From the NCBI GenBank assembly GCA_037143335.1, contig JBAWZA010000010.1:25326-89325 (forward strand): DNA of 64,000 nt, given 5' to 3'. The position numbers and the translations under genes are program-made. The notes under the pieces were generated by a model, which saw nothing but the letters and a program-made list of their open reading frames with translations, was not told where the DNA came from and made no database searches. This DNA is from a bacterium. GTDB lineage: Bacteria > Bacteroidota > Ignavibacteria > Palsa-1295. This document shows, piece after piece, positions 26,559 through 35,972 of this stretch. Each line of letters starts with the position of its first letter. The first letter of the stretch is position 1.

Positions 26559-28015
26559 TAGAGTATTGGCAGCATCGCAGCAGGCTGCTCGACTCCTGCA
26601 TGTTCGTGTTCACTCACTGATGAGATGACGAGTGGTGTCAGGTCATAAATCACCTCGCCGCGATCTTGAGAAGTTTGCAGGGTAATTTTTGATTCTTTCA
26701 CATCAGTTAATTCTCCGAATAACGTTGAGGAAGTTGATCGCAGAATTTTTACCTTGCGATACTCGCCGACTTCTGCATCTATTCTTGGGAATACTACTTT
26801 CTTGTTTGAATCAGTTCTTCCGCGCCAATCATTTTCACTTCGCTTCGAACGGCCTTCAACAAGAACGGTATGCTCAGTTCCGATTTCAGTAAGATTTTTT
26901 TGTGCAGCGATTCTATATTGAATATCAATCATCTGAGTCAATCTCCTCGACTTCTCTACATCTGGTACATCGTCAGGGAGTGTGTCGAATGCTTTTGTAT
27001 TTGGTCTTGGCGAGTAGTTGTACATATAAGCACCTTCATACTCAACCTCTTTGATAACTTCGAGAGTCTGAAGGTGATCCTCGAGCGTTTCGGTGCAAAA
27101 ACCTACAATAAAATCTGTTGTTAGTGCGGCTTGTGGCATTGATTTCTTAATCATCTCGATGATACCCATATAATGTTTTCGGGTATAAGTGCGATTCATC
27201 AATTTCAGAATTCGATCTGAACCAGATTGCAACGGAAGATGAATAGATTTGCAGATGTTATCATGCGATGCCATCGTATCGGTCAACTTCTGATCGAAGT
27301 CCTGAGGATGGCTTGTCGTATATCTAATGCGAACACTCGGGACTGCTTTTGCGCATTCTCCTAGTAGATCAGAAAAATCTTTTCCTTCATCCGAAAACGA
27401 ATTTACGTTTTGACCGAGTAACGTAATTTCCTTGAATCCCTGTTGCTCAAGTTGTTTGCATTCATCTACGACGGAAAGCAATGTTCTTGATCGTTCTCTT
27501 CCGCGTGTGAATGGGACTACACAGAACGTACAAAATTTATCGCATCCGCGCATAACGGAAATATAAGCCGTGATTCCCTCGGCACGGAAGGGGAGTATGT
27601 CATCGTAAGTTTCGGTGCGCGAAAGTTTGATTGCAATGCCACTTGTACCTGTATGGAGCGTAGCATCAACGAGCGCAGGAAGCTTGCGATACTCATCGGG
27701 TCCCACAATGAGATCCATGACGTTGTCCTTCGTTTGTAAAAGGTCTTTCCGTAAATGCTCAGCCATGCAACCCAGCAACCCCATCACCATTTTTGGTTTA
27801 CGTCGTTTCTGCCCTTTCCAATGCTGAAGGCGCTTGCGTACTTTGTCCTCCGCATTTTCGCGGATGGCACATGTATTCATAAATGCAAGGTCTGCCTCCT
27901 CAAAATTCATGGTCGGTGTGTAGCCAGACTTTCCCATTACGGCGAGTACAACCTCGGTATCTGCCACATTCATCTGGCAGCCATACGTCTCAATGTAGAT
28001 TTTTTTCGTTGTCAT
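26558..28015 (-). CDS. miaB: tRNA-i6A37 methylthiotransferase MiaB
   Basis: MTTKKIYIETYGCQMNVADTE... Radical-SAM and TRAM regions. 485 aa. Confidence 0.85.
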   Translation of the reverse strand: MTTKKIYIETYGCQMNVADTEVVLAVMGKSGYTPTMNFEEADLAFMNTCAIRENAEDKVRKRLQHWKGQKRRKPKMVMGLLGCMAEHLRKDLLQTKDNVMDLIVGPDEYRKLPALVDATLHTGTSGIAIKLSRTETYDDILPFRAEGITAYISVMRGCDKFCTFCVVPFTRGRERSRTLLSVVDECKQLEQQGFKEITLLGQNVNSFSDEGKDFSDLLGECAKAVPSVRIRYTTSHPQDFDQKLTDTMASHDNICKSIHLPLQSGSDRILKLMNRTYTRKHYMGIIEMIKKSMPQAALTTDFIVGFCTETLEDHLQTLEVIKEVEYEGAYMYNYSPRPNTKAFDTLPDDVPDVEKSRRLTQMIDIQYRIAAQKNLTEIGTEHTVLVEGRSKRSENDWRGRTDSNKKVVFPRIDAEVGEYRKVKILRSTSSTLFGELTDVKESKITLQTSQDRGEVIYDLTPLVISSVSEHEHAGVEQPAAMLPIL

Positions 28016-28114
28016 TTGCTAAATCCTATAACTTTGCAGGCTTGATTCGCGTTCAATATCATCAATAATACCTTATGGGTACTTTATACTCTGTCCCGTG
28101 GGTCGGGGATGTTT

Positions 28115-28154
28115 ACCACGGAGTAACACAGAGGTTTTCACGGAGGAACAGGAG
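28115..28154 (+). repeat. partial second copy of the CACGGAG element
   Basis: CCACGGAGtaacacagaggttTTCACGGAGGAACAGGAG. Near-identical to 26541-26558 (GTCACGGAGGAACGCGGAG). Confidence 0.45.
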
Positions 28155-29222
28155 ATGGTTATGAAGAGAATATTTTTAGTACTTGTTATAGCAATTCTCA
28201 GCGCAAACACGGTACACGCACAATACTGGTGCGTGTGGAAACATACGAATGGTATAGTCTTGGGGCTATCATCGGATGAAAAGTGGGCGTTTTTCTTGCA
28301 AAAGAATGATGCTGGAGTCCAGAATATATACAAGGTTGAACTCAAAACCAACTTTGTCACGCCGGTTACGAATTTTACCGAAAGACCTGTCATAAGTGGG
28401 ATAGTCATTTTCGGAAAGCCAGCAATTATTTACTTGCGTGCAGCCTCGAATACTGGTTCAGATGTTCATGTCTATCGTGTTGACGTCCTCGGGACTGACC
28501 CCCCAATTGATATTACTCCGAAGGATGAAATCTCAAGCAAAAAAATTCTTGGTTTGGCATACAACGGTCGTTATGTCTATTACACATCCGACAAAGGACC
28601 TGGCACGAAGAAAGATACTTGGCGATATGATTGCCAACAATACATTCTCGAGCTTGCATTCACTAATGATAAAGATTACGAAACGCTCTGTTGGAGTCGC
28701 GATCAAACGCATCTTCTCCTTCGCGATCCAAATACACGTGAGATATTTAGTCATGATATCGAGACAACGGATAATGTGCAGGTTCAAATACCAATTGATG
28801 CCACAAAGATCCAGACAGCATTTTATGGGCCGATGAACACGACAATGCTGATGCTAACCAATGGCTCCGTGATTACGGCGAAGATGAGTTCTCCGACGGC
28901 AGTTGATCCAATCGATAACATCGAGGCTGCATCGAAATTCAAGGATGTTACCGGAGTAGAGCTTTCGCTCAATGGAAAATATACTCATCTGGTGTTTGCT
29001 GATCCGAAGAATTTTCACGAAAAGATTATCGAAACGGCTTCAGGGGTTGAGCTGGCATTAAATCCAGACCCAAACCCAGTTGATCTTGTCATAGGCCCGA
29101 AGGAATCATCGGTTCTGTACATGGGGAGTAGTAAGGAATTACGAAAAGGCATTGCAAATAATAGTTTATATCTCTACGATTTCGTAAAGAAGACCACCAA
29201 AGAACTCACTCTGATTAAATAA
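28154..29222 (+). CDS. hypothetical secreted protein (beta-propeller-like)
   Basis: Start MVMKRIFLVLVIAILSANTVHAQ preceded by GGAGG. ORF-track start at 28098 rejected. Confidence 0.45.
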
Positions 29223-29236
29223 AACATAATTCTTAC

Positions 29237-30544
29237 ATGGAAGCATTTAGAATCATTGGTGGGAAACCACTACATGGCAAGGTTCGAGTGAGTGGTACGA
29301 AAAATCTCATTTCGAAGTTGATGGTTGCCTCCACTCTCTCGGAATCGGAGAGCGTATTCACGAATGCGCCTTTCAGACTTGGAGAGACAGAAATTACGAC
29401 TGACATCATTGAATCACTCGGCGCAATAGTGAAAGAGCGTGAAGATGGGACAATGTTCGTGCATACTCCAAAATTTTCTACATCCGAAGTGCCAGAGCGA
29501 TTCGCACTATTGAATCGGATACCAATTTTACAAATCGGTCCTCTATTACATCGGACTGGCAAAGCAATTGTCCCAATTCCTGGTGGCGATAAGATCGGCG
29601 CACGTCCCGTTGACTTCCACGTCGATGCTCTTGAGAGAATGGGGGCAAAGATCGAGTTAAAAGATCATTACTATCATTGCGTGGCTGATGGCTTGAAAGG
29701 CGCCCACATCAGTTTGCCTTTCCCGAGTGTCGGTGCGACAGAAAATATTATCATCTCCGCTTCACTTGCCAACGGCACAACAATCATTGAGAATGCTGCG
29801 GTTGAACCTGAAATTACCGAGCTTGTGAAGTATCTTCAGAAAATGGGAGCGATCATTTCGATAGAGACAAATCGAAGAATAATCATCGAAGGAGTGACTT
29901 CACTTCACGGAGCAGAGCATCATATCATGCCTGATAGAATTGAAGCAGCTTCATTCGCATGTGCTGCCGTAGCATCGAAAGGAGATGTGTTTATCCAGGA
30001 TGCAGAGCAATCGGCTATGCTTACATTCTTGAATACTATGCGCAGAGCTGGTGGTGACTTTGATATTCTTGATGGGGGCATTAGATTTTACTACAAAGGT
30101 AAACTCCGCTCAACAGCAATTGAAACAAATGTTCACCCAGGCTTCATGACCGATTGGCAACAGCCGTGGGTATTGATGATGACACAAGCAGAGGGTTTAT
30201 CCGTCGTTCACGAAACTGTTTATGAGAATCGTTTTGGTTATGTGTCTGAGCTTCGCAAAATGGGTGCGCATATCGAGTTGTACAATTCTTGTCTTGGGGG
30301 TGCAGAGTGCAGATTTACCACTCTTTCAAACCCTCACTCAGCAGTAATCTTCGGACCTTCGAAGTTGAAGGGTGCAGATATAAATATCCCTGATCTCCGT
30401 GCAGGATTTGTTTACCTTATTGCCGCCGCACTTGCGCAAGGTGAGTCAACGATCACAGGCATTCATCATGTCGAACGTGGGTACGAACACATCGAACAAA
30501 AACTTGCCGCGCTTGGAGTAGAAATAGAAAGAGTTGATGTATAA
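29237..30544 (+). CDS. murA: UDP-N-acetylglucosamine 1-carboxyvinyltransferase
   Basis: FRIIGGKPLHGKVRVSGTKN... 435 aa. Canonical MurA. Confidence 0.9.
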   Translation: MEAFRIIGGKPLHGKVRVSGTKNLISKLMVASTLSESESVFTNAPFRLGETEITTDIIESLGAIVKEREDGTMFVHTPKFSTSEVPERFALLNRIPILQIGPLLHRTGKAIVPIPGGDKIGARPVDFHVDALERMGAKIELKDHYYHCVADGLKGAHISLPFPSVGATENIIISASLANGTTIIENAAVEPEITELVKYLQKMGAIISIETNRRIIIEGVTSLHGAEHHIMPDRIEAASFACAAVASKGDVFIQDAEQSAMLTFLNTMRRAGGDFDILDGGIRFYYKGKLRSTAIETNVHPGFMTDWQQPWVLMMTQAEGLSVVHETVYENRFGYVSELRKMGAHIELYNSCLGGAECRFTTLSNPHSAVIFGPSKLKGADINIPDLRAGFVYLIAAALAQGESTITGIHHVERGYEHIEQKLAALGVEIERVDV

Positions 30545-30572
30545 AAAAAAACGGCGAGTGAATCGCTTCACC
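30543..30572 (-). terminator. terminator for the 30601..32715 gene (bidirectional with murA)
   Basis: GTGAA-tcgc-TTCAC hairpin with an A-run on the plus strand and a T-run on the minus strand. Confidence 0.55.
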
Positions 30573-30600
30573 CACCGTCTATAATTATCGTTATGAGTGA

Positions 30601-32715
30601 TTATTGCTTAATCACCATAACGTTAAATTTCTCGCCAACTGGCATTGCAGTCACTTGATCTTCAAGAACGATCTCCCAACGGTTTTGACCAGCGTTCCAG
30701 ACCACACCGTAACCGAGCCCTGCACCGCCAGCCGACTTCAATGGAGCCGCTACTAATTGGTGAGTGACGATGACAATATCAGTTGCTGCCATTCCGTTAT
30801 ATGCCAAGAATGTTCTTCCGCCTGCGCCGATATTGATAGCGGCAGTTGTATGAACATACGCCGTTTTAGTTACTCCAGATACTTTCATGAAGCCGTTATC
30901 TATCTGCAATGCAGTACCACTTGTGGATGCACCGCCATAGGTAGCAAGGACCGGTACACCATCACCTGAGGTGTATCCTTGAACACCAGTACCTGTTACT
31001 GTACTTCCATACACACCAGTACCTGCGCCTGCATGACTTCCCCAAACACCGATTCCAATTGCGGTAGTACCCTTGTGCTGTCCTCTGACGGCAGTTGCAA
31101 CGTTTGACGGACCGCTTGATGAATTGCTAATCTCGCCAAGAACTGCAATCGCTGTGCTTGTAGTGCTGGCATTTATTCCTTCCAGCGTTGGCTTAGTGTT
31201 CGCTGCATTGGTATTTGTGAAATGACCTGCTGTCCCAGTACCTGCTGATGTTGCCTCGAGGACGTTACCTGTGACTGTTGCGGCATTCTGCTCGAATACT
31301 GCTGCACGCGCTGTCGTGCCACCAGCACCGATAACTCCGTGGACACCGATACCTGTTGAGCTTGCATAACCTTCCACGCCAAAGCCCGTTGCAGTGGAAC
31401 CTTGCACACCGTTTCCATTGCCACTCGAACCCATGACTGCACTGTTAGCATTCGTGCCGACTCCGCCGTCTGCGGTAACACCATAGACACCCATGCCGGC
31501 GGCGTTTGTGGTCTTACCGACGATACCAGCGACACCGCCCGCGGCTGCTGCTGTTCCGACGATTGCGTTACCATTGCCGTTTGTTGTGGCTTCGATGGCG
31601 TTTGATCCGTTCGTCACATTCGAAATCTGGAAGAATCCGACTCTACCTGTTCCGGTGGTCATGACTTGCAGTATATTTGCAGAATTTGCGGCATTCAAAT
31701 CAGAAATATCAGCGACAACTCCTAATCCCGCTGTTCGCACAGCAAGTGTCGTTGCATTGCTGGCTGGATTTGTTACTTCAATGAAACCAGCACGACCTGT
31801 TCCAGAATTTTGTCCGTAAATTCCAACGCTTGCTGGTCCGCCGTTCGTATTTCCTGCCAAAGCATTTCCTGCACTCGTAGCATTGGTTACAGTAAACATT
31901 CCGCCTGAGCCTGTCCCAGTATTTTGGATTGCAAATGCGCCGCCGTTATTGACCACGCTGCCTAAATACGGAAGTGTCAAACCGCCACCTGGAGCTGTTT
32001 GCCATGCTACGCCGCCAAGACCATTCGCCATAAGAACCATTCCTGCTGTTATGCCCGTACCATCAATCTTACCAGGAGTTACTGCGAGGTCAGCGATTTT
32101 TGTCGTGGTGATACCACTTACCGCAACAGCGATAGAAGCAGTCGGACCAGTAGGACTTGCTACAGCAATTGAATTATCTGCATTCGAGACTCCCTGAATT
32201 CCCGTTCCGCCAACACCCGTTGAATTAATGGTGATTGTATCATTCGTACTGGTGAGTGTGGTACCTGTACCAGACTTCAACACAACCACGCCAGATTGTC
32301 CATTGAGACTCTTCACGGCTCCGCCTACGATACCATTAGCCATGAGTGCGTACGGCGCACCACTTATCGCCGTGCGTGGTACCATCTCGTTACCACCATC
32401 AACCGAGATTCCGAGAAAGTATGGTTTATCAAATCCAACTGTATTAGGAATTGGAGTTACGCTACCGATAATCACATCGAAAATCCCTCGGAGAAATGGG
32501 CGATTAACTTGATTCTCGGTGTAGATCGCATTTGGCGCATCAACTGCTTCATAGAGCTTCAGGCTGACATTATGTGTGCCATCTGAAATAAATTTTCCTT
32601 GGCCATCAACAACCACACCTTGATAGGTGATTGTGCGCGGGATTTGAGCTTGGATGGCTGAAGCAGCCACGAAAAGCATCACCGCAATAAATAATGAGTG
32701 AAGAATTGTTTTCAT
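30601..32715 (-). CDS. secreted Gly/Thr/Ala/Asn-rich repeat protein (beta-helix / tail-fibre-like)
   Basis: Signal peptide MKTILHSLFIAVMLFVAASAIQAQ. About 500 aa of degenerate x-G-x-G-V-x-G-x-[ST] repeats. Distinct C-terminal 80-aa domain. No T9SS CTD. Confidence 0.5.
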   Translation of the reverse strand: MKTILHSLFIAVMLFVAASAIQAQIPRTITYQGVVVDGQGKFISDGTHNVSLKLYEAVDAPNAIYTENQVNRPFLRGIFDVIIGSVTPIPNTVGFDKPYFLGISVDGGNEMVPRTAISGAPYALMANGIVGGAVKSLNGQSGVVVLKSGTGTTLTSTNDTITINSTGVGGTGIQGVSNADNSIAVASPTGPTASIAVAVSGITTTKIADLAVTPGKIDGTGITAGMVLMANGLGGVAWQTAPGGGLTLPYLGSVVNNGGAFAIQNTGTGSGGMFTVTNATSAGNALAGNTNGGPASVGIYGQNSGTGRAGFIEVTNPASNATTLAVRTAGLGVVADISDLNAANSANILQVMTTGTGRVGFFQISNVTNGSNAIEATTNGNGNAIVGTAAAAGGVAGIVGKTTNAAGMGVYGVTADGGVGTNANSAVMGSSGNGNGVQGSTATGFGVEGYASSTGIGVHGVIGAGGTTARAAVFEQNAATVTGNVLEATSAGTGTAGHFTNTNAANTKPTLEGINASTTSTAIAVLGEISNSSSGPSNVATAVRGQHKGTTAIGIGVWGSHAGAGTGVYGSTVTGTGVQGYTSGDGVPVLATYGGASTSGTALQIDNGFMKVSGVTKTAYVHTTAAINIGAGGRTFLAYNGMAATDIVIVTHQLVAAPLKSAGGAGLGYGVVWNAGQNRWEIVLEDQVTAMPVGEKFNVMVIKQ

Positions 32716-32879
32716 TGGATTTACTAAATTAAATACGTATGACAAAAACGACAACTATGACAATAATCTGTCAGCAAATCTACGCAAATTTTGGCCAACA
32801 CGATAGATAATGAGGAATCTACGCAAAAAATCGGAATTCGGATTTTTCGAGCCTCCAAAATGGAAGCTGTCCAGCCCAA

Positions 32880-35800
32880 TTATCTAACCTTCACAAAGCT
32901 TTGCGTTGCAGGGAAGCCACCGGAGTTGAGGCGGAGATAATAGATTCCTGCCGGAAGTTTCTGTGTATTGAGGCGAAGTGTGCCCGTCCCAATTTTGAGT
33001 ATTTCACCGCCACTGAGGATGCTTTCTCCAAGTGAGTTCGAGACATCGTAGGAAATCCAATTCGCACTTTGAGTTAACACATCCACGATCACCTCATCTT
33101 GTGCAGGGTTTGGTCTCAATGAAATAATTTTTAGCGCAGTGATTCCATTCATTGCATCACTGATGGTTCGTTCACCGCAGATGAAGTGATAATCGAACGT
33201 TGCAGTGCCGCCAGTGCTGAGTGTCATCATCCCACACGGGATCTGTGTTGTATCAACTCTCTTCGTCATTGCAATCTGTGTCGCGGAGTCCTTCGTTAAG
33301 TATATCCGAAATCCAAGTGTTGCCAGAACACCGCTTGCATCAGAGTGAATCGCAACTGGATCGGTGAGTGTAAACGTGTTGCCGACTTTACTGACGTTTG
33401 CTGAGCTATTTGATGACTCAAAATCTAATAGATCGGTATTGTATGTCAGATCAAACCGTACTTCCTTGATCTGACTTCCAGTGAATTTGCGATTTGGGTC
33501 TTCTAATATTTTATATTTAACCAGAGTCTGATCACCACCCATCATCGGTGTTGGGTCAAGGAACAGTGCGGCATCCAGACGGGAAGATTGGGAGTAGGTT
33601 CTTGTTAGGTCAATTGGGCTGATCGATGAGTCGGCATCGCTTGTGAATGTGATTTGTGCACTTGATGCCAGCTTGCCACCAACGGTATCAAGTTGAGTGA
33701 TGATATGAATATCCTTCGAAGTACCGGCTTTGATCGTATCGGGTAAAGGTGTGGTTACAATAAACCCCGAACCACTTAAGCTGTACTTGGTAATAACTAT
33801 ATCCTCACATCCGCTATTGGAAAGAGTAATAGAACTATCTTTCGTATCACAGACACTTACCCTACCGAAGTCAAGCGTATGTTGTGATGATGAGAGAATG
33901 CGTGTGCCAGACTTTTTTGTTTCGGTAAATCGGATTGTGTCAATCTTTCCATTGACTGCAATAAGCAGTAGTCCGGTACGAGTACCTGGGTTAACGGGAT
34001 GAACAAATACCGTATAACGGATTGTGTCTCCTGGCCTGATTGACTTCGCACTGAACACTGCGTTTGAAATGTCGAAATCCCTGTAATCGTAAAAAACAAT
34101 TCTATCGATGCTAAGTGAATCGCATCCATTATTCGTTATGAATCCGTTCACTGAATCATGATCGCAAACACTTAACGAACCAAAATCAAATTGATGAGGA
34201 GAGTAAGAGAGTTCGCCGCCTTCGGATTTGCCAGTGCCTTCGAGATAGAGTTGCAAATCCTGGCTGAGTCCTTGTTGTTCGGCATGAAAGCGAGGGCGGA
34301 GAATAAACGTATTTGCACTGCTCGGCTTAAATCTGAATCGCACCGACACCGAGCTATCAGGCGGAATACGAATCGGAAGTGTGAACGGGGGTAATAAAGA
34401 GAATTCGGCAGTCTTCATACCCGATGTATCAGTAATAGTAAGTGTATCGCAACCAGCATTCCGTAACACAAACACACTATCCCGCGCACCGGAACAAGTG
34501 GAGACTGTGTCGAATTTAGCATTATACTCGTCAGCTACAAGTGCTGGTGGGAGTGCTTTAGAAATAGCACTAAGTACAAAAATCGTATCAAAGTTCTGTC
34601 GAATATCTTCACCAATTATTTTTCCTCTCAGATGAACTTTCCCTATAAATAGTCCGGATTTTTTATGTGGATTGAAGAGAATGTGAATACTATCTCGAAT
34701 GCCTTCGTTACGGATAAAAGGATATGACGGTGGGCTTAGTATTGAAAAACTTGTATTGTCATTTTCTACGAAAGCCGAATCATATTCCACGTAGCCGCAT
34801 CCTGAGAATATGAAGTTGAAAGAAGTTATGCCCGTATCGCATGAAAAAATAGGAGAAATAGAATTTGGTGGCTTTAATGAAAATACAGGGTCTTGTTGTA
34901 TTTTTCCATCGCCCCCATCATTCGTCATCCAAATAGAACCTTCTCTATCGAATGCGATTACAGTTCCGCCTTTGCAAGTTGGTATAACATTAAACCGTAT
35001 GTCCCAATCGGTAGATGGACCACCGACTGAATCCCATGTTTTTCCTTCATCAGTAGAGCGAAACATACCGTTATATTCCGATTGAACATAGATTGCATCA
35101 GCGAACCCCTCTATATCTCCAGTCCCATACAACCCTGAAAAATTAACGGGAGTCACGACAGATTTCATAGGTACTTTACCAGCAGTTTGCCAAGTATATC
35201 CTGAATCACTGCTCGAAAAGACGAATGGGTTTGGGGCGGACCACCCAGGCGCTCCTTCAGGACAAACAAAAAATCTCCTAGTTTTTTTCTGACAATAGAT
35301 TCCCCAAGACTCAGTGAATTTAGCATCAGCGTTTGGTAAAGTCTTCCATGTCTGACCGCCATCCGTTGTAAGACTTGCTGGCATTTGAACGGATGAACTC
35401 GAACCAACTGCTCTACTCAGCATTCCGACTAAACTATCGGCGAATGCAATTCCACCGCTACTCACTATCAACCGTCGTGCTGGTGTCTCATAGATACTGT
35501 TCCATTGGTTAGAATCAACTATTGGTTGCCAATTAAATCCACCATCCGACGTTACCCATACGCCGTATTGAGTAAAACCATATCCAAAAAAAGTAAGCCA
35601 ACCAACGTTTCGATCGCGAAAATGTATGGTTGTTATATATCCATTATATCCGTTGAATTGACCTAATAGGTCACACTGCTTCACTATGTACTTTGCTGAT
35701 AAAGTATCATAGTCTATGCGGTACACCGCGATTGGATTTACCACTGCTGGTAGTCTTCCATTTTTAGCTACAGCAATGATTCCACTATGTTTATTCCAAA

Positions 35801-35918
35801 AAAATCCAGAAGTGGGTTCGCCGATTAGTGTGGCAATTTTATTCCAATGTTGTGCGTAAATATCCGCCTGTAAGGATACTAAAAAAATCAAAACCGCGAT
35901 GTGCCACCGATAATTCAT
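32880..35918 (-). CDS. large secreted BNR/Ycf48-like beta-propeller + Ig-like domain protein with T9SS CTD (paralog of 10184..13405)
   Basis: Repeats TTDGGQTWKT, SSDSGYTWQT, STDEGKTWDS, TNDGGDGK. NAGCDTLTI/NNGCDSLSI/NSGCEDIVI modules. C-terminal GIYYLRLNSGGFPATQSFVKVR. Confidence 0.6.
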   Translation of the reverse strand: MNYRWHIAVLIFLVSLQADIYAQHWNKIATLIGEPTSGFFWNKHSGIIAVAKNGRLPAVVNPIAVYRIDYDTLSAKYIVKQCDLLGQFNGYNGYITTIHFRDRNVGWLTFFGYGFTQYGVWVTSDGGFNWQPIVDSNQWNSIYETPARRLIVSSGGIAFADSLVGMLSRAVGSSSSVQMPASLTTDGGQTWKTLPNADAKFTESWGIYCQKKTRRFFVCPEGAPGWSAPNPFVFSSSDSGYTWQTAGKVPMKSVVTPVNFSGLYGTGDIEGFADAIYVQSEYNGMFRSTDEGKTWDSVGGPSTDWDIRFNVIPTCKGGTVIAFDREGSIWMTNDGGDGKIQQDPVFSLKPPNSISPIFSCDTGITSFNFIFSGCGYVEYDSAFVENDNTSFSILSPPSYPFIRNEGIRDSIHILFNPHKKSGLFIGKVHLRGKIIGEDIRQNFDTIFVLSAISKALPPALVADEYNAKFDTVSTCSGARDSVFVLRNAGCDTLTITDTSGMKTAEFSLLPPFTLPIRIPPDSSVSVRFRFKPSSANTFILRPRFHAEQQGLSQDLQLYLEGTGKSEGGELSYSPHQFDFGSLSVCDHDSVNGFITNNGCDSLSIDRIVFYDYRDFDISNAVFSAKSIRPGDTIRYTVFVHPVNPGTRTGLLLIAVNGKIDTIRFTETKKSGTRILSSSQHTLDFGRVSVCDTKDSSITLSNSGCEDIVITKYSLSGSGFIVTTPLPDTIKAGTSKDIHIITQLDTVGGKLASSAQITFTSDADSSISPIDLTRTYSQSSRLDAALFLDPTPMMGGDQTLVKYKILEDPNRKFTGSQIKEVRFDLTYNTDLLDFESSNSSANVSKVGNTFTLTDPVAIHSDASGVLATLGFRIYLTKDSATQIAMTKRVDTTQIPCGMMTLSTGGTATFDYHFICGERTISDAMNGITALKIISLRPNPAQDEVIVDVLTQSANWISYDVSNSLGESILSGGEILKIGTGTLRLNTQKLPAGIYYLRLNSGGFPATQSFVKVR

Positions 35919-35972
35919 AACATATTAAACCCTACCGCCTGCAAAAAAATGCAGGCGGTAGGCTTAAATCTG

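Noticed and set aside
31173-32586. Many 60-130-aa ORFs on both strands inside the 30601..32715 gene
   Set aside because: They are produced by the low-complexity GC-rich Gly/Thr/Ala repeat DNA. The long minus-strand frame with a signal peptide is the real gene.
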